Notes: generated by a model not told the origin, from the letters alone. 64,000 nucleotides of DNA from Octopus vulgaris (GCA_951406725.2 OX597823.1:105710001-105774000); one strand, 5' to 3'. Positions 1 to 15,141 are shown, counted from the first letter of the stretch. Numbers and translations are program-made.

Positions 1-168
1 ATATACGACAGGCTTCTTTCAGTTTCCGTCTACCAAATCCACTCACAAGGCATTGGTCGGCCCGGGGCTATAGCAGAAGACACTTGCCCAAGATGCCACG
101 CAGTTGGACTGAACCCGGAACCATGTGGTTCGTAAGCAAGCTACTTACCACCCCCCCACTCCTGCGCC
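1..168 (-). mobile_element. tRNA-derived SINE, family A, 5' module (runs off window edge)
   Basis: Reverse complement matches the family A head GGCGCAGGAGTGG...GGTAAGTAGCTTGCTTAC..ACCACATGGTTCCGGGTTCAGTCC (A/B-box-like), then CTTGGGCAAGTGTCTTC; aligns to the full copy at 17492. Confidence 0.85.
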
Positions 169-217
169 TATGATATATATATATTTATATATATATATAT
201 ATACATACATATATATA

Positions 218-645
218 GGCACAAGGATGGCTGTATGGCAAGAAGCTTGCTTCCCACCAACATGGTTTCGAATTCAGTCCCACTGTGTGGCACCATGGGC
301 AAGTGTCCTCTACTGTAACCTCAGGTCGACCAAAGCCTTGTATATGTATATAGAGCATATGCATTTTTGTAAGTGTGCCTTTGTGTTTGTCGTATGCATG
401 TATGTATCTATCTATAAACACACATACACATATATCTATATGTATGTATTTGTGTGTCTGTGTTTGTCCCTCCACCGATGTCGATGTGCTTGGTACTGTA
501 ACCTAGAAGTTCGGCAAAAGACAAACAATAAAATAAGTATTAGGCTTCCAAAGAATAAGTCCTGTGGTCGATTTCTTCGACTAAAATCCTTTAAGGCGGT
601 GCTTCATCATGGCCGCAGTCAAATGATTGAAACAAGTGAAAGAAT

Positions 646-649
<4 letters not shown>
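218..649 (+). mobile_element. SINE family A, near full-length, diverged
   Basis: Head, internal TA/TG microsatellite and 3' module ending GGCCGCAGTCAAATGATTGAAACAAGTGAAAGAATAAAG; head-to-head with the copy at 1-168. Confidence 0.8.
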
Positions 650-683
<34 letters not shown>

Positions 684-1044
684 GTATATAATGCACACTC
701 CCACACCCACACAAGCACATAATACCTGAACACAGACAATATATACACACATACGCAACACATATAGACAAACATAACTTTCGCCCACAAACATACCTTA
801 TTTGGGCATAGACACACGCATATCACGTGAGCAAGCACACATCAACTCCTACATGCACCTGACACGCCACAGACACATACCACCTAAACAAGCACACATC
901 AACTGCTACACACAACACACACGCACACATACACATTAGCCCCACACATATACACACGTACATACGCACACAACACACACGCATACACAGACCATTCTCA
1001 TATACACACACACTTGCGCACCTTAGTTCGTTGGATCCACCGTT

Positions 1045-1272
1045 ACAGTTATTATCATTATTATCTCCCTTTCATCCATCCTATTTTTTATTGTCATATC
1101 GCCATGTTGGACTGTTGAACTCTGCATATTTTCTCTCTCCGTTTGTTCATTCTTTCTCCGTTATTTTTTCTCTTAATCCTTTCTGTCGAAGAGCGTAAGC
1201 TCGAAGCGTAAAAGACTTTTTCATTTTTCCCGAGCGTTAAACAGCTTGTTGTTCCTTCACCTGTCTTCGTCC
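1045..1272 (+). mobile_element. Putative Penelope-like element terminus with hammerhead-like fold
   Basis: Contains CTTT-CTGTCGAA-GAGC(GTAA)GCTC-GAAG-C-GTA-AAAG (1179-1214). Its 3' part (TTGTTGTT..CACCTGTCTTCGTC) matches the reverse complement of the (TA)n-adjacent fragment at ~62495-62553. Confidence 0.45.
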
Positions 1273-1643
1273 TGACTGCGGCCATGCTGGAGCAGTTGCT
1301 TTAGTCGATCAAATGGACCCTAGGACTTTTTCTTTGTAAGCCTAGTACTTATTCTATCGGTCACTTTTATCGAATCGCTAGTTTACGGGAACGTAAACGC
1401 ATTAACATCGGTTGTCAAGCGATGGTAGGAGACAAACATGGACACAGAAATACATACATATGTGTGTGTGTGTATATATATATATGGGCTATTTTTACTT
1501 TCCAATATCAATTTCTCTCACAAGGCTTTTCGTCGGCCCGCGGATATAGTAGAAGACACTTGCTCGTGGTGCCACGCAGTGGGACTGTACCCGGAACCAT
1601 GGGGTTGCAAAGCAAGCTTCTTACCGCATAGCCACTCCTGCGC
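1273..1643 (-). mobile_element. SINE family A, near full-length
   Basis: Reverse-complement match to 17492-17926 over both modules, with the internal microsatellite. Confidence 0.85.
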
Positions 1644-1800
1644 TGATGTATATGTGTATATTTGTCCTCCTCCACTAACTGGTGTTGACTTTTTTATGCC
1701 CCCATAACCGCTAAGAGGTGCCCCAGCATGGCCGCATTCCAGTGACTGAAACTAAACAAAACAAAAATTACGTAGGTGTTTATATACATACATACATACA

Positions 1801-1866
<66 letters not shown>

Positions 1867-2320
1867 GACACATATATTGAGCGAAAGAGACAGAGGCACA
1901 GAAAGTGAGAAGAAAAGGGAGACAGAAGGAGTGAGGGAAGAAGAGAGAGAAGGAAAGAGAGAGGGATATAGGGTGAGATATGGAGAGAGAGAGGGGGGGA
2001 GAGAAACGTATGGAGAGAAGGAAACAAATACACAAACTGCTAATGTGAAGAGATAATATACATGCCGACATAGTGAAATACGCGCATGGAGCAGAAGTGA
2101 GGTAAATAGTGTGCGAGAGAAGGAGGGAGATGGAAAGAGAAGAGAGCGAGAGAGACTGAATTCAGGTATGCAGTAATAACCAACTATCTTGATGAAAAGA
2201 CAGACAGACACATCACAAGAGAGGTGTTTAACGCTTGTTTGCTGAGGGTAACTGTCTGCTGTAGTGGCTGAAACAATCAGTTACTTTGGGTAGTTTTGGT
2301 TAAAAAAAGAATTGTAGTAT

Positions 2321-2401
<81 letters not shown>

Positions 2402-2753
2402 AGGTAGGAAAGAAGGAGAGAGAAAGAATGATTTCTAGATAATATTATAATACTGTCTGTACCAGTTGTATTGTGGAACTGTCTAGCTTGTTATGTGTTT
2501 GTTAGTTCTTAGTGGAAATGGCTTTTGTAGCTTAAGAGAACCTTCTAAAAAGTAAGTTATAAAAGAGTTATAATATGGCTATTTATGCCGTTATTACTTG
2601 ATCGGAAACTCTAACAACTCGTCAGAGAAATCGGAGTTGGCCGCCATTATATTACACGTGTTACAGATGGAAAATATATATTTCAGGTTATATGTGTATA
2701 TGTATTTCGATAAATATACACACTTACACATACATGCATGCATACATACATAA

Positions 2754-2913
<160 letters not shown>

Positions 2914-3054
2914 GTATATATATATATATATATGCTGTAAATATATGATTTACAATATATATATAAATATTTATATGTTGCTTAAATAGGCCAATGCAAT
3001 TACATATGTATGTGTGTATATAATAAAAACTATATGCAATCATACATACATACA

Positions 3055-3090
<36 letters not shown>

Positions 3091-3092
3091 TA

Positions 3093-3157
<65 letters not shown>

Positions 3158-4347
3158 GTATGTAAATATATGCATGTCGATTTCTTTGAATGTATGTGTA
3201 AACCTATAAATTTACTAATGTTATCAGATAAGCTAGCATTCTTCTTAAACATTAGTGACTATACACAAACATAAATATCACATATACGTAACACATACAC
3301 ATGCATACACACGTATATACATGTGCATGTGTATAGAAACGCATGTGTGTTTATATATGCGTTTTCATGTGTAAATGTGTGTATGAATATGTATGCATAA
3401 AGACGTGTGCGTGTGTGTGTGTGTGTATCAGTGTATCTGTGTGTGTGTTGTGCGTGTTTGTATGTGTGTATGTGCTGTATGTGTTTACAAGCAAGAAAAC
3501 CATTTGTATGTTGAAATTATAAATCAATCTAAATGGAAAGCAAACTTTGGTCTGCTGTGGTAAAAATATGTATATCTATTCATAAAGTTGTAGGAAAGTA
3601 TATATTGATAGAAAGGATTAGAAAAATTTGTGTTCTCCTAAAAGGTAAAATATAGGTATATGCAAGCAATACCCGACTAACGTGCTTCCATTGTAAACGG
3701 TTGCAGTTGCGTAATAACTGAAGCGATGACCACGTTAAGGCTAAAGTCTATTGTATTGGGCAATATTTTTGCAGTATAATTCAAAGGGACAGGATCGTGC
3801 CTGGTCTGTAAGCAAGGGAGTTCTCTGATCTTCAGCCATATCTAAACCAAACTCTTTCAGGTCATTGAACAAACGTAAGACCGAACAATAGAAGAAAGCA
3901 ACTAGATTACCTAGCTATGCATTAACATACGTGACATTCTCCCAGCTTCACAAGAAGCCAGGTTTCTACATGTATACCGGCATTTATGTGTATATGTGTG
4001 TATATGAGAACGTGTCTATGTATTTATACGTATGTATCTACGTACGATTATGGGCATGTATGTGTATACGTCTATGTATGTATCTAAGATGCCAAGTGTA
4101 TGCATAGATATGTTTTGGATTTATGTGTGGGTTTCTTTTTAAGAATGATTATGCAGTTGCGTTCGCGTATGCGTGTGTATGTGTGTGTGTGTGTGTATAC
4201 ATATATTTGATTTACATAGACATACATACACACACACATTCACTCACATATATGTTCATAGACACTCATATATGTTCGCGTGTATATTTAATTATGAGCA
4301 TATATATGCATATACACAGATTTACAGGTACATATATATATATACAT

Positions 4348-4381
<34 letters not shown>

Positions 4382-4385
4382 GTAC

Positions 4386-4465
<80 letters not shown>

Positions 4466-4707
4466 GTACATATGTATATATATATATATACATACACACA
4501 CACACACGCATGTGTATAGATGTAATTTATATGTGCATGTGCACATGTTTATATATAATATACAAATGAGTATGGGTATCAATATAAATAAAAATTTAGG
4601 GAAGAGAAAAAATGTGAAAACTCACATCTTTTATACACATATACGTATACCTGTATGCATACAGAGACGCAGTTATATAGACAAATACATGTGCAGGCAC
4701 ACAGCTA

Positions 4708-4757
<50 letters not shown>

Positions 4758-5043
4758 TGTGTGCACATGTATTTATCTTTTTGTGTACATATCAATATTC
4801 ATGTCTTTTTATACATATCAATATTTCGCACGAAACCCATATTTGCACGAGCACGCATGTGTTTTATACATACATACATACATATAAACATGTACACATG
4901 TATACATATAAATATATATATATGAGTGTATGTATGTATATATATACATATATATTATATGTATATGTAGATATTTACATTCACATGCACATAAATGCAT
5001 ATACATATATTCATGCACATACATGCATATACATATATTCATT

Positions 5044-5119
<76 letters not shown>

Positions 5120-5222
5120 AGCACACGAGGAAAAGTTATTATCCACACAGAAAAAAAAACAAACACAGCAGCACAAACAAAAACACTCACATATACACAC
5201 AAACACATATTCATACATATAC

Positions 5223-5322
<100 letters not shown>

Positions 5323-6312
5323 ATGTGTATGTATGTATGTATATATACATTTATATATATACATATATATATATACATATGTTATATATATTATATATTA
5401 TATGTTTATATAAGGTGATATGTTATTGTGTATATATATGTGTCCACGTATTCCTGAATGTTTGAACATGTGTACGTATGTGTACGTATGTGTATATATG
5501 CAATTTAGATAAGCTGAAGCCGGAACAACAATAAGAAAACATTAGCTAAATAGATGGGGAATGTTTCCAATATAGAGGAAGCAGTCATGAATAGTACAAG
5601 ATGGCGTATTTTAACTTATTTCTATACACCCTTTGAACAACGATATTCTATTGAATGGGAGAGTGTCAGTGGAATTAGGAAAGGGGTATCCTATGATGTT
5701 GGTGGTGATGGCGATTGTGATGGTGTTGTGTTTTTGTGAGAGGGGTGGCGGTTGTTGGAGAGATAGTGTCGCTGGTTGACGGATAAAAAGAGAAGGATAG
5801 TTGTGAACAAAACGGTGACGTATACTCATTTTTACCAGGTTTTTGATACGTTTTTCTTGGTTTATTTTTTATACTTGTTTTTCTTGTTTCATTTTGTAGA
5901 GGTGGTAGTGGGGTGTTGGTAAAAATGATGATGATGGTGGTGGTGGTGGAAGAGCTAGAAATAATGATGGCTGTGATGATGATAATGATGGCTCTGGTAG
6001 TGATGGTGGTGGTGACATTGGGAGCGAAATGGCGGAAGGTGGCAGGTGGAAAGCAGAAGGCGTGTTTCTTTTCATAAAATCAGTTAGAACGGACACAAGA
6101 CTCTACTGTCCGAAGTTATCCACATAAAAGCTAAGCATTTGTTTATATATGTACGTATAGATGTTTGCATATATGCCTATGTGCTTACGTATTTATATAT
6201 GCAAGTATATTTATGTATACGCACACATATTCCTAGATCTTACCTAACAGTCTCAGTATAACATATAACACGACATGTAGTCAGATATGTATATATATAC
6301 ATAAACAAACAA

Positions 6313-6350
<38 letters not shown>

Positions 6351-6480
6351 TAAATGTATATAGTCATGTATGTATAAATTCATATTTGTGAGTGTTTATG
6401 TATGTAAGTATGTATGTATGTATCTATCTATCTACATATACACATACTAACATACATACGTAAATACATACATACATACA

Positions 6481-6513
<33 letters not shown>

Positions 6514-6515
6514 GT

Positions 6516-6603
<88 letters not shown>

Positions 6604-7456
6604 TATGTGTATATGTATGAATATGTATGTATATTCATACATATATCTATTTTAGAATTGATGAAATTAAAGATACGCCCGCAAACATTCACACACGAAA
6701 CAGTTTCGTAAAAATTACATAGGGTGCTCCAGTATGACCGCAGCCGCATGGCTGAAACGAATGTAAGAATAAAGAATACACAAAGTGCAGACGCAATGGT
6801 ATGCGCACGCATGTTATTTAATATTCTAAAATTGTCGCGTGACACCTGTATTGTCAACTACTCACCCATATACCCACATGCATACGCACACTAGTGCACA
6901 CACACACGCGCGCACACACTCACACAGATGCACACGCCCCCGAAACTCACCCCCCCCCACACAAGCATACACTAATGCACCAACGTTTACTTGTATTTAT
7001 GCGTGTTTGCTGTTTTTCATTTGCTGGTAGGAGTTAGTGTAAGTTACAGAAGTTAACCTCTGGGCGCTGGTATTGGTTGTGTGGTTAAGGAACATGCGAT
7101 GAAGATGCCCAGTCCCACACTAAGATGTTTCTTTCTGGTTCAATCCCACTGCAACGCATATTATGCAATCCCTGCTATATTCTCGGTTCTAGTATTTCGT
7201 TATGGCCGATGCATATCTGAGGGAATCGCTATTTGGTCTTCTCTGGTAGATTTTCTTATTTTTATCGTTGGGTTTAGCATCACAACCTGGCCCTTGGGTG
7301 CTTCTAGGGGAGTCCATTCCGTTGGAGAGATCCAGGCCAAATCCTTAGTTTGAGTATATCTTGCTTCGTTTCCTCCTTCCTCCTCCCGCCACTTACAGAG
7401 ACCCTATCTAGTCGTCTTGACCAATGTAATAAATTAAATACATAACATTATATATT

Positions 7457-7779
7457 CTTTCTACTATAGATTCTAGGCCTGAAACTTTGCGGGACGACGG
7501 TAGTAATCGATTACATTGACTCCTGTGCTAGTAGTTATTTTATCGCCCCTGAAAAGTTGAAAGGTAAACTCGACCTCAGTGGAAATTGAACTCAGAACGT
7601 AAAGACAGACAAGATCTTGCTAAGCGTTTGTGTCCAGAGTGCTAACGATTCTGCCAGCTTGCTGCCTTTCCTATTTCTTTACTGCCCGCAAGGGGCTAAA
7701 CACAGAGAGGACAAAGAAGGACAGACAAACGGATTAAGTCGATTATATCGACCCCAGTGCGTAACTGGTACTTATTTAA
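7457..7779 (-). mobile_element. SINE family B copy (7457-7668) plus adjacent 3' fragment of a second copy (7670-7779)
   Basis: Reverse complement of AAGGCAGCAAGCTGGCAGAATCGTTAGCAC...GTTCTGAGTTCAAT..CACTGAGGTCGAG, plus the tail GTTTAGCCCCTTG..GGCAGTAAAGAAATAG. Confidence 0.8.
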
Positions 7780-7978
7780 TGGCCACAGTTGGAATGCTTT
7801 CTAGTATAAGTTTGATATGATCAACGTTAACCTATAGTTAAACAACAATAGATGGTTGATCCAGTTTATGTGTAAAATTAAAGCAAAGATGTGTTCACGG
7901 TATTTGAATCCGGAAAATCGATACATCGCACAAAACGATTGGCAGAATTATTTCCATTTATTATTTAAATAGTTATTT

Positions 7979-8432
7979 AAGGTAGTGATGGCAGAATCAT
8001 TATCACGCCGGACAAAATGCTTTACGACTTTTCTTCCGGCTTTATGTTATGAGCTCAATTTCTTCCGCTGAGGTCAACTTTGCCTTTCATCCCTTCGGGA
8101 TCGATAATATTAGTACCAGTCAAGTATTGGAGTTGATGTAATCAACCAGCCACTTCCCCCAACATTTCAGGCCTTGTGCCTGTAGTAGAAAGGAAAGGCA
8201 GCAAGCTGGCAGAAACGTTAGCACGCCGGGCGAAATGCTTAGCGGTATTTCGTCTGCTGCTACGTTATGAGTTCAAATTCCGCCGAGGTCGACTTTGCCT
8301 TTCATCCTTTTGGTGTCGATTAAGTAAGTACCAGTTACGTACTGGGGTCGATGTAATCGACTTGATCCCTTTGTCAGTCCTTGTTTGTCCCCTCTATGCT
8401 TTGTCCCCTGTGGCCAATAAAGAAATAAGTAT
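7979..8432 (+). mobile_element. Two tandem SINE family B copies (7979-8194, 8195-8432)
   Basis: Each has a tRNA-like head (GGCAGAA.CGTTAGCACGCCGG / GAGTTCAAATTCC) and the body GACTTTGCCTTTCATCC.TTCGGG.TCGAT...GTACCAG. The body resembles the Meta/MESC SINE domain (from memory, not aligned). Confidence 0.85.
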
Positions 8433-8999
8433 TTCAATTCAAATTGCATTTAATTTGTGATGGATTACTCTATTGTTCAACGGGGAATATTGTATTCATA
8501 GATGGTTAAGGCTCTGAACCCGATATAAGATCCCGTCTTATTATAATTACTGAGACAGAAGAAAAAGTTGGTAGAATTGTCTGGTCGCCAGACAAAATGA
8601 TTTGAGATATTTTGTTACAGCCCTTTACGTTCTGTGCCAAACAAGCAACATCCTCAAATGGTAAGCTTTTTTTTCCTTTCGAGATCGATTAAATAAGATA
8701 ACAAGTAACGTGATGGATTTTATTGATTGATAGAAGACCGCTTTTGTATCTCCCATGTTTCTTTAATCAAGAGTTTACAGCTAAGATTCTGAACAAATCT
8801 TGAAGTTGCTTGAGCTGTAAGGGCGGCTGAGGCAGTAAACAGCCATAACACCGTCTACTATATTATTCTTGTGAGTAGCAGCGAACACCCTGAGGTGTTA
8901 TCTCATTTGAAGGAACAATATCTCAGAAAATCTATACTGAACAGGATATGTTTTACGTCCGTTGTTGTGTCCAACGTAAAGTGTATGGAGGAACTGAGA

Positions 9000-9022
9000 C
9001 AGAAGAGAGAGGGCGCGGGAGC

Positions 9023-9080
<58 letters not shown>

Positions 9081-9377
9081 AGAAGAAGAAGAAGAAGAAG
9101 AAGAAAAAGAAGGAAGAGGAGAAGGAGGAGGAGAAGAAGAAGGAGGAGGAGGGGAGGAGGAAGAGAAGGAGGAGAAGAAGAAGAAGAAGAAGAAGAAGAA
9201 GAAGAAGAAGAAGAAGAAGAAGGAAGAGGAGAAGAAGTAGAAGAAAAAGAAGAAGAAAGAGGCGGAAAAAAGAAGAAGAAGGAGGAGGAGGGAAGAAGGA
9301 GGAAAAGAAGAAGACGGAGGAGGAGGGGAGGAGGAAAAAGAGAAGAAGAAAAAGAAGAAGAAGAAGAAGAAGAAGAA
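9000..9377 (+). repeat. (GAA/GGA)n polypurine tract
   Basis: About 380 bp of almost pure purines on the + strand. Confidence 0.95.
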
Positions 9378-10089
9378 TGTGGTTCAGATAATTTATTCCT
9401 GCAATGCTTAAATATATCTGACGAAATCACTGTATCCCGAAACCTGTCTAGCAACCATCAATGTAGATGCAATACATGCTAGAAATAACAGCTAAATTGC
9501 CCTACAATTACATAATGCTGTTGTATAAACTAAAGGACAGCATTGGACAGTTTCTACCAAAAAGACGTATACTAAAACATCGTTATTTGCTCTGTGGATA
9601 GCGAAATCTGAAAGCAAATACGACTGATACGAAAGCAAATATGTTTGTCGCTGTTGTGTGTCACAGGTGAAGAACTTCCTTTTACAACGGCACCTGTAAA
9701 CCAGAATCTCTCACGCCAATGAGCTGATCGTCTTATGAACGAACACATTGCCATCGTGAAAATTGAGAAGTTGTTCTCCTGTGACGTACACAACAACGAG
9801 TAGCATATTTACGTTTGTATATACTGGGATGTATTAAGATTAAGATTAATTTGCAAATCATCGGTTTGTATTAACTTAAATCAATAATGAAGCATCTGGG
9901 TGGTTACACAATATGTTAGAAATAGTACTCAAAACTTTTTTCAACTGTTTGTTTTTTTTTTATTTAAGACAACACATATGACAATGTAGTCTTCGGTAAG
10001 CTAAGGCGATATGGACCTCCTTTAATCAGGAGCTGAGCAGGGGTTTTAGACACAACAAAAGCAACAACAACAGCACTACTACTACTACA

Positions 10090-10153
<64 letters not shown>

Positions 10154-10446
10154 TTATTATTATTACTACTACTGCAGGGTCAATGAGTCGGCTGATCAAC
10201 GTAGAAATTACATGGGCCGCAATCATCCTTCACCTGACTTGAAGGGTAACAGGTAAAGTGGCGCAATATGCGCCATAAGTTATTTTAGTACACACACAGA
10301 CGTGTGCATCAGATGCAATCAATTAGCGGAAAGTTATGCTTCGAATGCAGACATGCAATAAAATCAAATTAGTGTCGGTTGATCGATTCCTAATAAATAA
10401 TCGATACTCACGGAAACTATTTAATTTGCTTGATTTCCTTTAATTA

Positions 10447-10552
<106 letters not shown>

Positions 10553-10684
10553 ATGTGTGTGTGTATGTATGTGTGTGTATATGTGTGTATGTGTGTGTAT
10601 GTGTGTGTGCGTGTGTAGATAGATGAGCTATAGATATAGATAGATTGAGAGATATTAAAAGTAAAAGTGTTTGTGTATATATAC

Positions 10685-10727
<43 letters not shown>

Positions 10728-11104
10728 TGCATGTATTATGCATGTGTATATATATTTTCATATATTTATTTATGTATGCATATATATATATGTGTGTGTG
10801 TGTGTATCTATCTATCTGTATATATGTGTGAGTATATGTATGTGTGTGTGCACAGTTCTACGCTTGGTATACGAATATATATATCTATATCTTATCTCTA
10901 TGTACAAATACATGTATGCGTGTGTGAGTATGAGAGAGAGAGAGAGAGAGAAAGAGAGATGTGGGGAATGAAGAAAAGAGAAAGTAAGAGAGAGAATTAT
11001 TTTCAACATAACAGACATACAATACACTCACACATACACACAAATTCAGAAATAGATGTGTGTATACGTACATATATATACATACATACATACACATATC
11101 ATAT

Positions 11105-11209
<105 letters not shown>

Positions 11210-11597
11210 TGTCGATATATGTACACTTTAATCCATTAATGCACACATACGTTTGTATATTTATATTCATATGTGTGCATATACATCAATATATATGTAT
11301 ATATGTGTGTGTGTTGTGGTTGTTGTTGTTATGTGTGTGATATATGCTTACAAGCATATATATATATGTGCATATACATATAGTGTGTATAAAGTTTTAC
11401 GTGTATGCGCGTATTTAAATTTATTTCAATGCCGTTCAAAGTAATATAAAATGGTAGCGAATTGACAACAGTATCGGATAAAATTTCTGTCGATATTCCG
11501 AGTCTCGTTATTCTGAGCACCATTCTCGCAGAACTAAAACTTGCCATTGTATTTTTGTAAATAAAATACTTTAAAAAATTTTTTATTTATGTTTAAT

Positions 11598-12083
11598 TGG
11601 TTTCAGTCACTGGAACGCAGCCATACTGGATATTGCCCTGAGGGGTTTAGTCCAAGAAATCGATCCTAAGATTATACTTATTGTATCGGCCGCTAGGTTG
11701 CGGTTACATGGATAAACGAACGACGGTTGTCAAGCGCAGGAAGTGGGCGGAAAAACACAAATACAAACACTCTCTCTCTTTCTCCCCCCTCTCCCTTTCT
11801 CCCTCTCTCACACACATATGTGCATACTAATGGCTCCCACACAGTTTCCCTCAATCAAATTCGCTTACAAGTCATAGGTCGGTCCAGGGCTAAAGTAGAC
11901 ACACATACTCATAGCGTGGGACCAATCTCGAAACCCTGTTGTTGCAAAGCAAGCTTCTTAAAGACACAGCCATGAAAGTAAGTACTAGGCTTACAAAGAA
12001 TAAGTACTGGGGTCGATTTGCTCTCGACTACAGGCGGTGCTCTAGCATGGCCACAGTCAAATGAGTGAAACACGTAAAAGAGT
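11598..12083. mobile_element. Degraded SINE family A copy (-; ~11598-11973) followed by a family A 3' fragment (+; ~11978-12083)
   Basis: Motifs GGTTGTCAAGCG and GCAAGCTTCTTA..ACACAGCCA on the - copy; TAAGTACTAGGCTTACAAAGAATAAGT..GGGGTCGATTTGCT on the + fragment. Confidence 0.7.
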
Positions 12084-12633
12084 AGTGTTCCCCGTGTGAT
12101 ATACTTTTCCGCCTCATGGATGGATGGAGGGATTTGTAGTGTTTGTCAATGAGAATTCAGACAAAATTAGCGTAACACAGTATGTGCTAGACCCGTACCA
12201 TTGAATTACAGGTACAATTCATCCTATGAGTTTCTAAACAGTTTCAGTTTTCTCGGGTCTTCTTAAAATATTTAGGCCGTCCCTAGACTATTGTAAATGA
12301 CTTTTGTCCGAGATGTCGCACAATGCACGAACCCTCGTGGCTGCAAAGCGAACCATTCGAGCATACAGCCACTATATATATAAATAGGTAATGTAAATCG
12401 GACTCACTTTTGACCATAGGCTGAAACAGCTGTAAGAAGTAGTTTATGGATTTCAATAATTTATAATATGACTTTTAAAATCTGTATTTGTATTATTATA
12501 TTATCTATTGATTTATATAATATTTTGTATGCTTTTGATGTTCTCATTTGGAAAATGAATAAATAATCTAACATTATAATATCCGTAAGTTGATGAACAA
12601 ACCAAATTTGTTTCTCCATTTTCTTATTTGTAT

Positions 12634-12720
<87 letters not shown>

Positions 12721-13699
12721 ACACATGCACACAAACATACACACAAACACAATATAAACTATATACACATCGATACAGACACAAATACATATATATATAT
12801 GCTTACCGTCCCCTCTCGTCTCTTTGCCCTCCATCTTTCATCGAACCTATTCTCCATTTCTTGCTTGGCCTCAACCACCAACTCTTTAATTTTTTTACAC
12901 ACACACCAAGAACCACAAACTCCACTTCCTTTTCAACCCTCCCCCTCTTCCTGTCCAGACCGTTCCACCCCTGCACGCGCTCCACGACTCCACTCTAGTC
13001 CTGCCCCTTACACTTCCACCTTCTCTCTCCCTGACACCGTGCGCCCTCTCTCAGACACTGAAATCATTGTATTAATTGCTTTCGACTTTTGCTTCAAGTG
13101 GTCCCAACTTTGTTTCCTTTGTTTTTTTCTGGTTTCATAAGCAGGAGGCATTACCGTTGATTTTAATGTCTCTTTTAGTTTATTCTTTAATCTAAATTCT
13201 AAAGCCTTTTTCTATAATATATTGCTGCTGAATTGAATGACTGATATGCTAAAATCTAAGTAATAATTTGACCCTTTTTGAAGTTAAAACTCATTTATAA
13301 AATAGAATTCTTATATGCGAAATATATTTCATCAAATTACATTATGAACAGAACATGAAATATAGACATGCCTCTAGATTAGGCCTTGCTCTCAAGCGTT
13401 GTTGTTGTTGCTGTTGTCAGGTATTTCACCTCACCGGGTTACATAATCCATTTTGTCTTTTGTAATTAAAGACTCTAGTGTAGCACGAATTAGGGCCTAT
13501 TTCTAACAAATCAAGTGGCCATGAAGACGGTTCTGCAGTACCTTTACCATCCATCAAGAAATCCCATGCACATACAATTATATAGTTTGATCAAACATCG
13601 GTGGTTGTGGGCACACCTTCGGTTACCAGACAAGCTAGGAAGCAGTTATATAACGTTGTAGATATTTAATATATATATATAGACATATTCTAGCAAAAA

Positions 13700-13737
13700 C
13701 TGTCCGAAGAACGGGAGCGTGAAACTCAGAGTAACAG
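13700..13737 (+). ncRNA. Type I minimal hammerhead ribozyme candidate (U4C core variant)
   Basis: CTGT / CCGAAGA / ACG-GGAG-CGT / GAAA / CTC-A-GAG / TA / ACAG. Stems I, II and III all pair, and the cleavage triplet is GUA. Lies in a ~90-bp island between (TA)n tracts. Confidence 0.7.
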
Positions 13738-13770
13738 GTTTTGTTGAATTTTCTGCTGCTTTTAAATAAA

Positions 13771-13817
<47 letters not shown>

Positions 13818-14033
13818 TATATATAAAGGTAAAAAAAAATCTATATATTTCATTTCCAATTTCTGTAAATTTTTCTTTAATATATTTCTTCTTTTGAATA
13901 CATAGCCGTATTTCAGTTAAACTAGACTGGCCGAGTACTAGTCATCGGAACAACAGGCACGCACGCACACACACACACACAAACGTATATGTGTGTGTGT
14001 GTGTATGCGTGTGTATATACGTGTATATATATG

Positions 14034-14095
<62 letters not shown>

Positions 14096-14207
14096 CATAC
14101 ATACATTGATTACTGCGCGAACTCTTAACTGAACTCGTAAGAGGAGCATACTCTGATAGCTGCACAGTTCTCTGAGTTCATATCTTATTTTATATATATA
14201 TATATAC

Positions 14208-14248
<41 letters not shown>

Positions 14249-14619
14249 ATGTATATGTATATGTGTGTATGCCAACAGACCCACTAGTTACCGTTACATA
14301 AAATTATACGCTCATCTGTGTCCTCATTTCGGTTGCGTTAGCCACAAATTTTTCCGCCGTAGTATCTTCTGGGTTTTCTGCAAGGGTGTTTTGTTTTACA
14401 TTCTGTAACATTTCTACAAATTCTAAACTTAGCGTTTATTGAAACTACGAATGTCGATCGCTTCTTATTCTTTTTCAGATTTTAATTTTTCCACTTGTTG
14501 GATCTGTAACTCTTCCTGTATGAAGCGGTGTTCATATTAGATGACTGATACAGCGTTTAAATTTGCAGAAAATCAAAGACTACAGCGACCGATATGGTAT
14601 GACTATTATTTTAATATGT

Positions 14620-15076
14620 GCTAATATCAAGCTGCTGAACTTAGATAGAAGAACCAGAAAGCTGTTAACAATGCACAAGGCACTCCATCCTAAAAATAAT
14701 ATCAACCGACTCTATCTGCCAAGAAGGGAAGGTTGTAAAGGATTATTAAACGCGTAAGACACTGTTGGTACTGTGATACTGGACCCGAAAAATTATGTGA
14801 TACAGAGTAAAGAAAGAATAAATTCGACTGCTGCAGATAAGTAAAATGTGACTGAAATAATAGGAGAATTCAAAGAGGAAAGGAAGAACAATATGCCACC
14901 CCAAAATGCAACCCAAAAGACTGAAAGAAAATGGAATTGAGACACGAACTGTCGACCTTCAGAAACAGTATCGTCCTTATTCTGCAATAATCCTCAGAAA
15001 AACTCTTGAGATTTGAGGAGACTTGTTACCAAACACCAAGATAAAGTACCTGCTAAATAAATCCGCATGCACAAGT

Positions 15077-15077
<1 letters not shown>
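14620..15077 (+). mobile_element. Internally deleted R4/Dong-like LINE remnant with (TAG)n tail
   Basis: Translates LDRRTRKLLTMHKALHPKNNINRLYLPRREG, homologous to the ORF at 36095. Jumps to the C-terminal SAIILRKTLEI*, then a short 3'UTR and (TAG)n from 15078. Confidence 0.75.

Positions 15078-15141
<64 letters not shown>

Noticed and set aside
8871-9482. Arg/Glu/Gly-rich ORF resembling a protamine or acidic protein
   Set aside because: Derived from a (GAA/GGA)n tract that is open in several frames.
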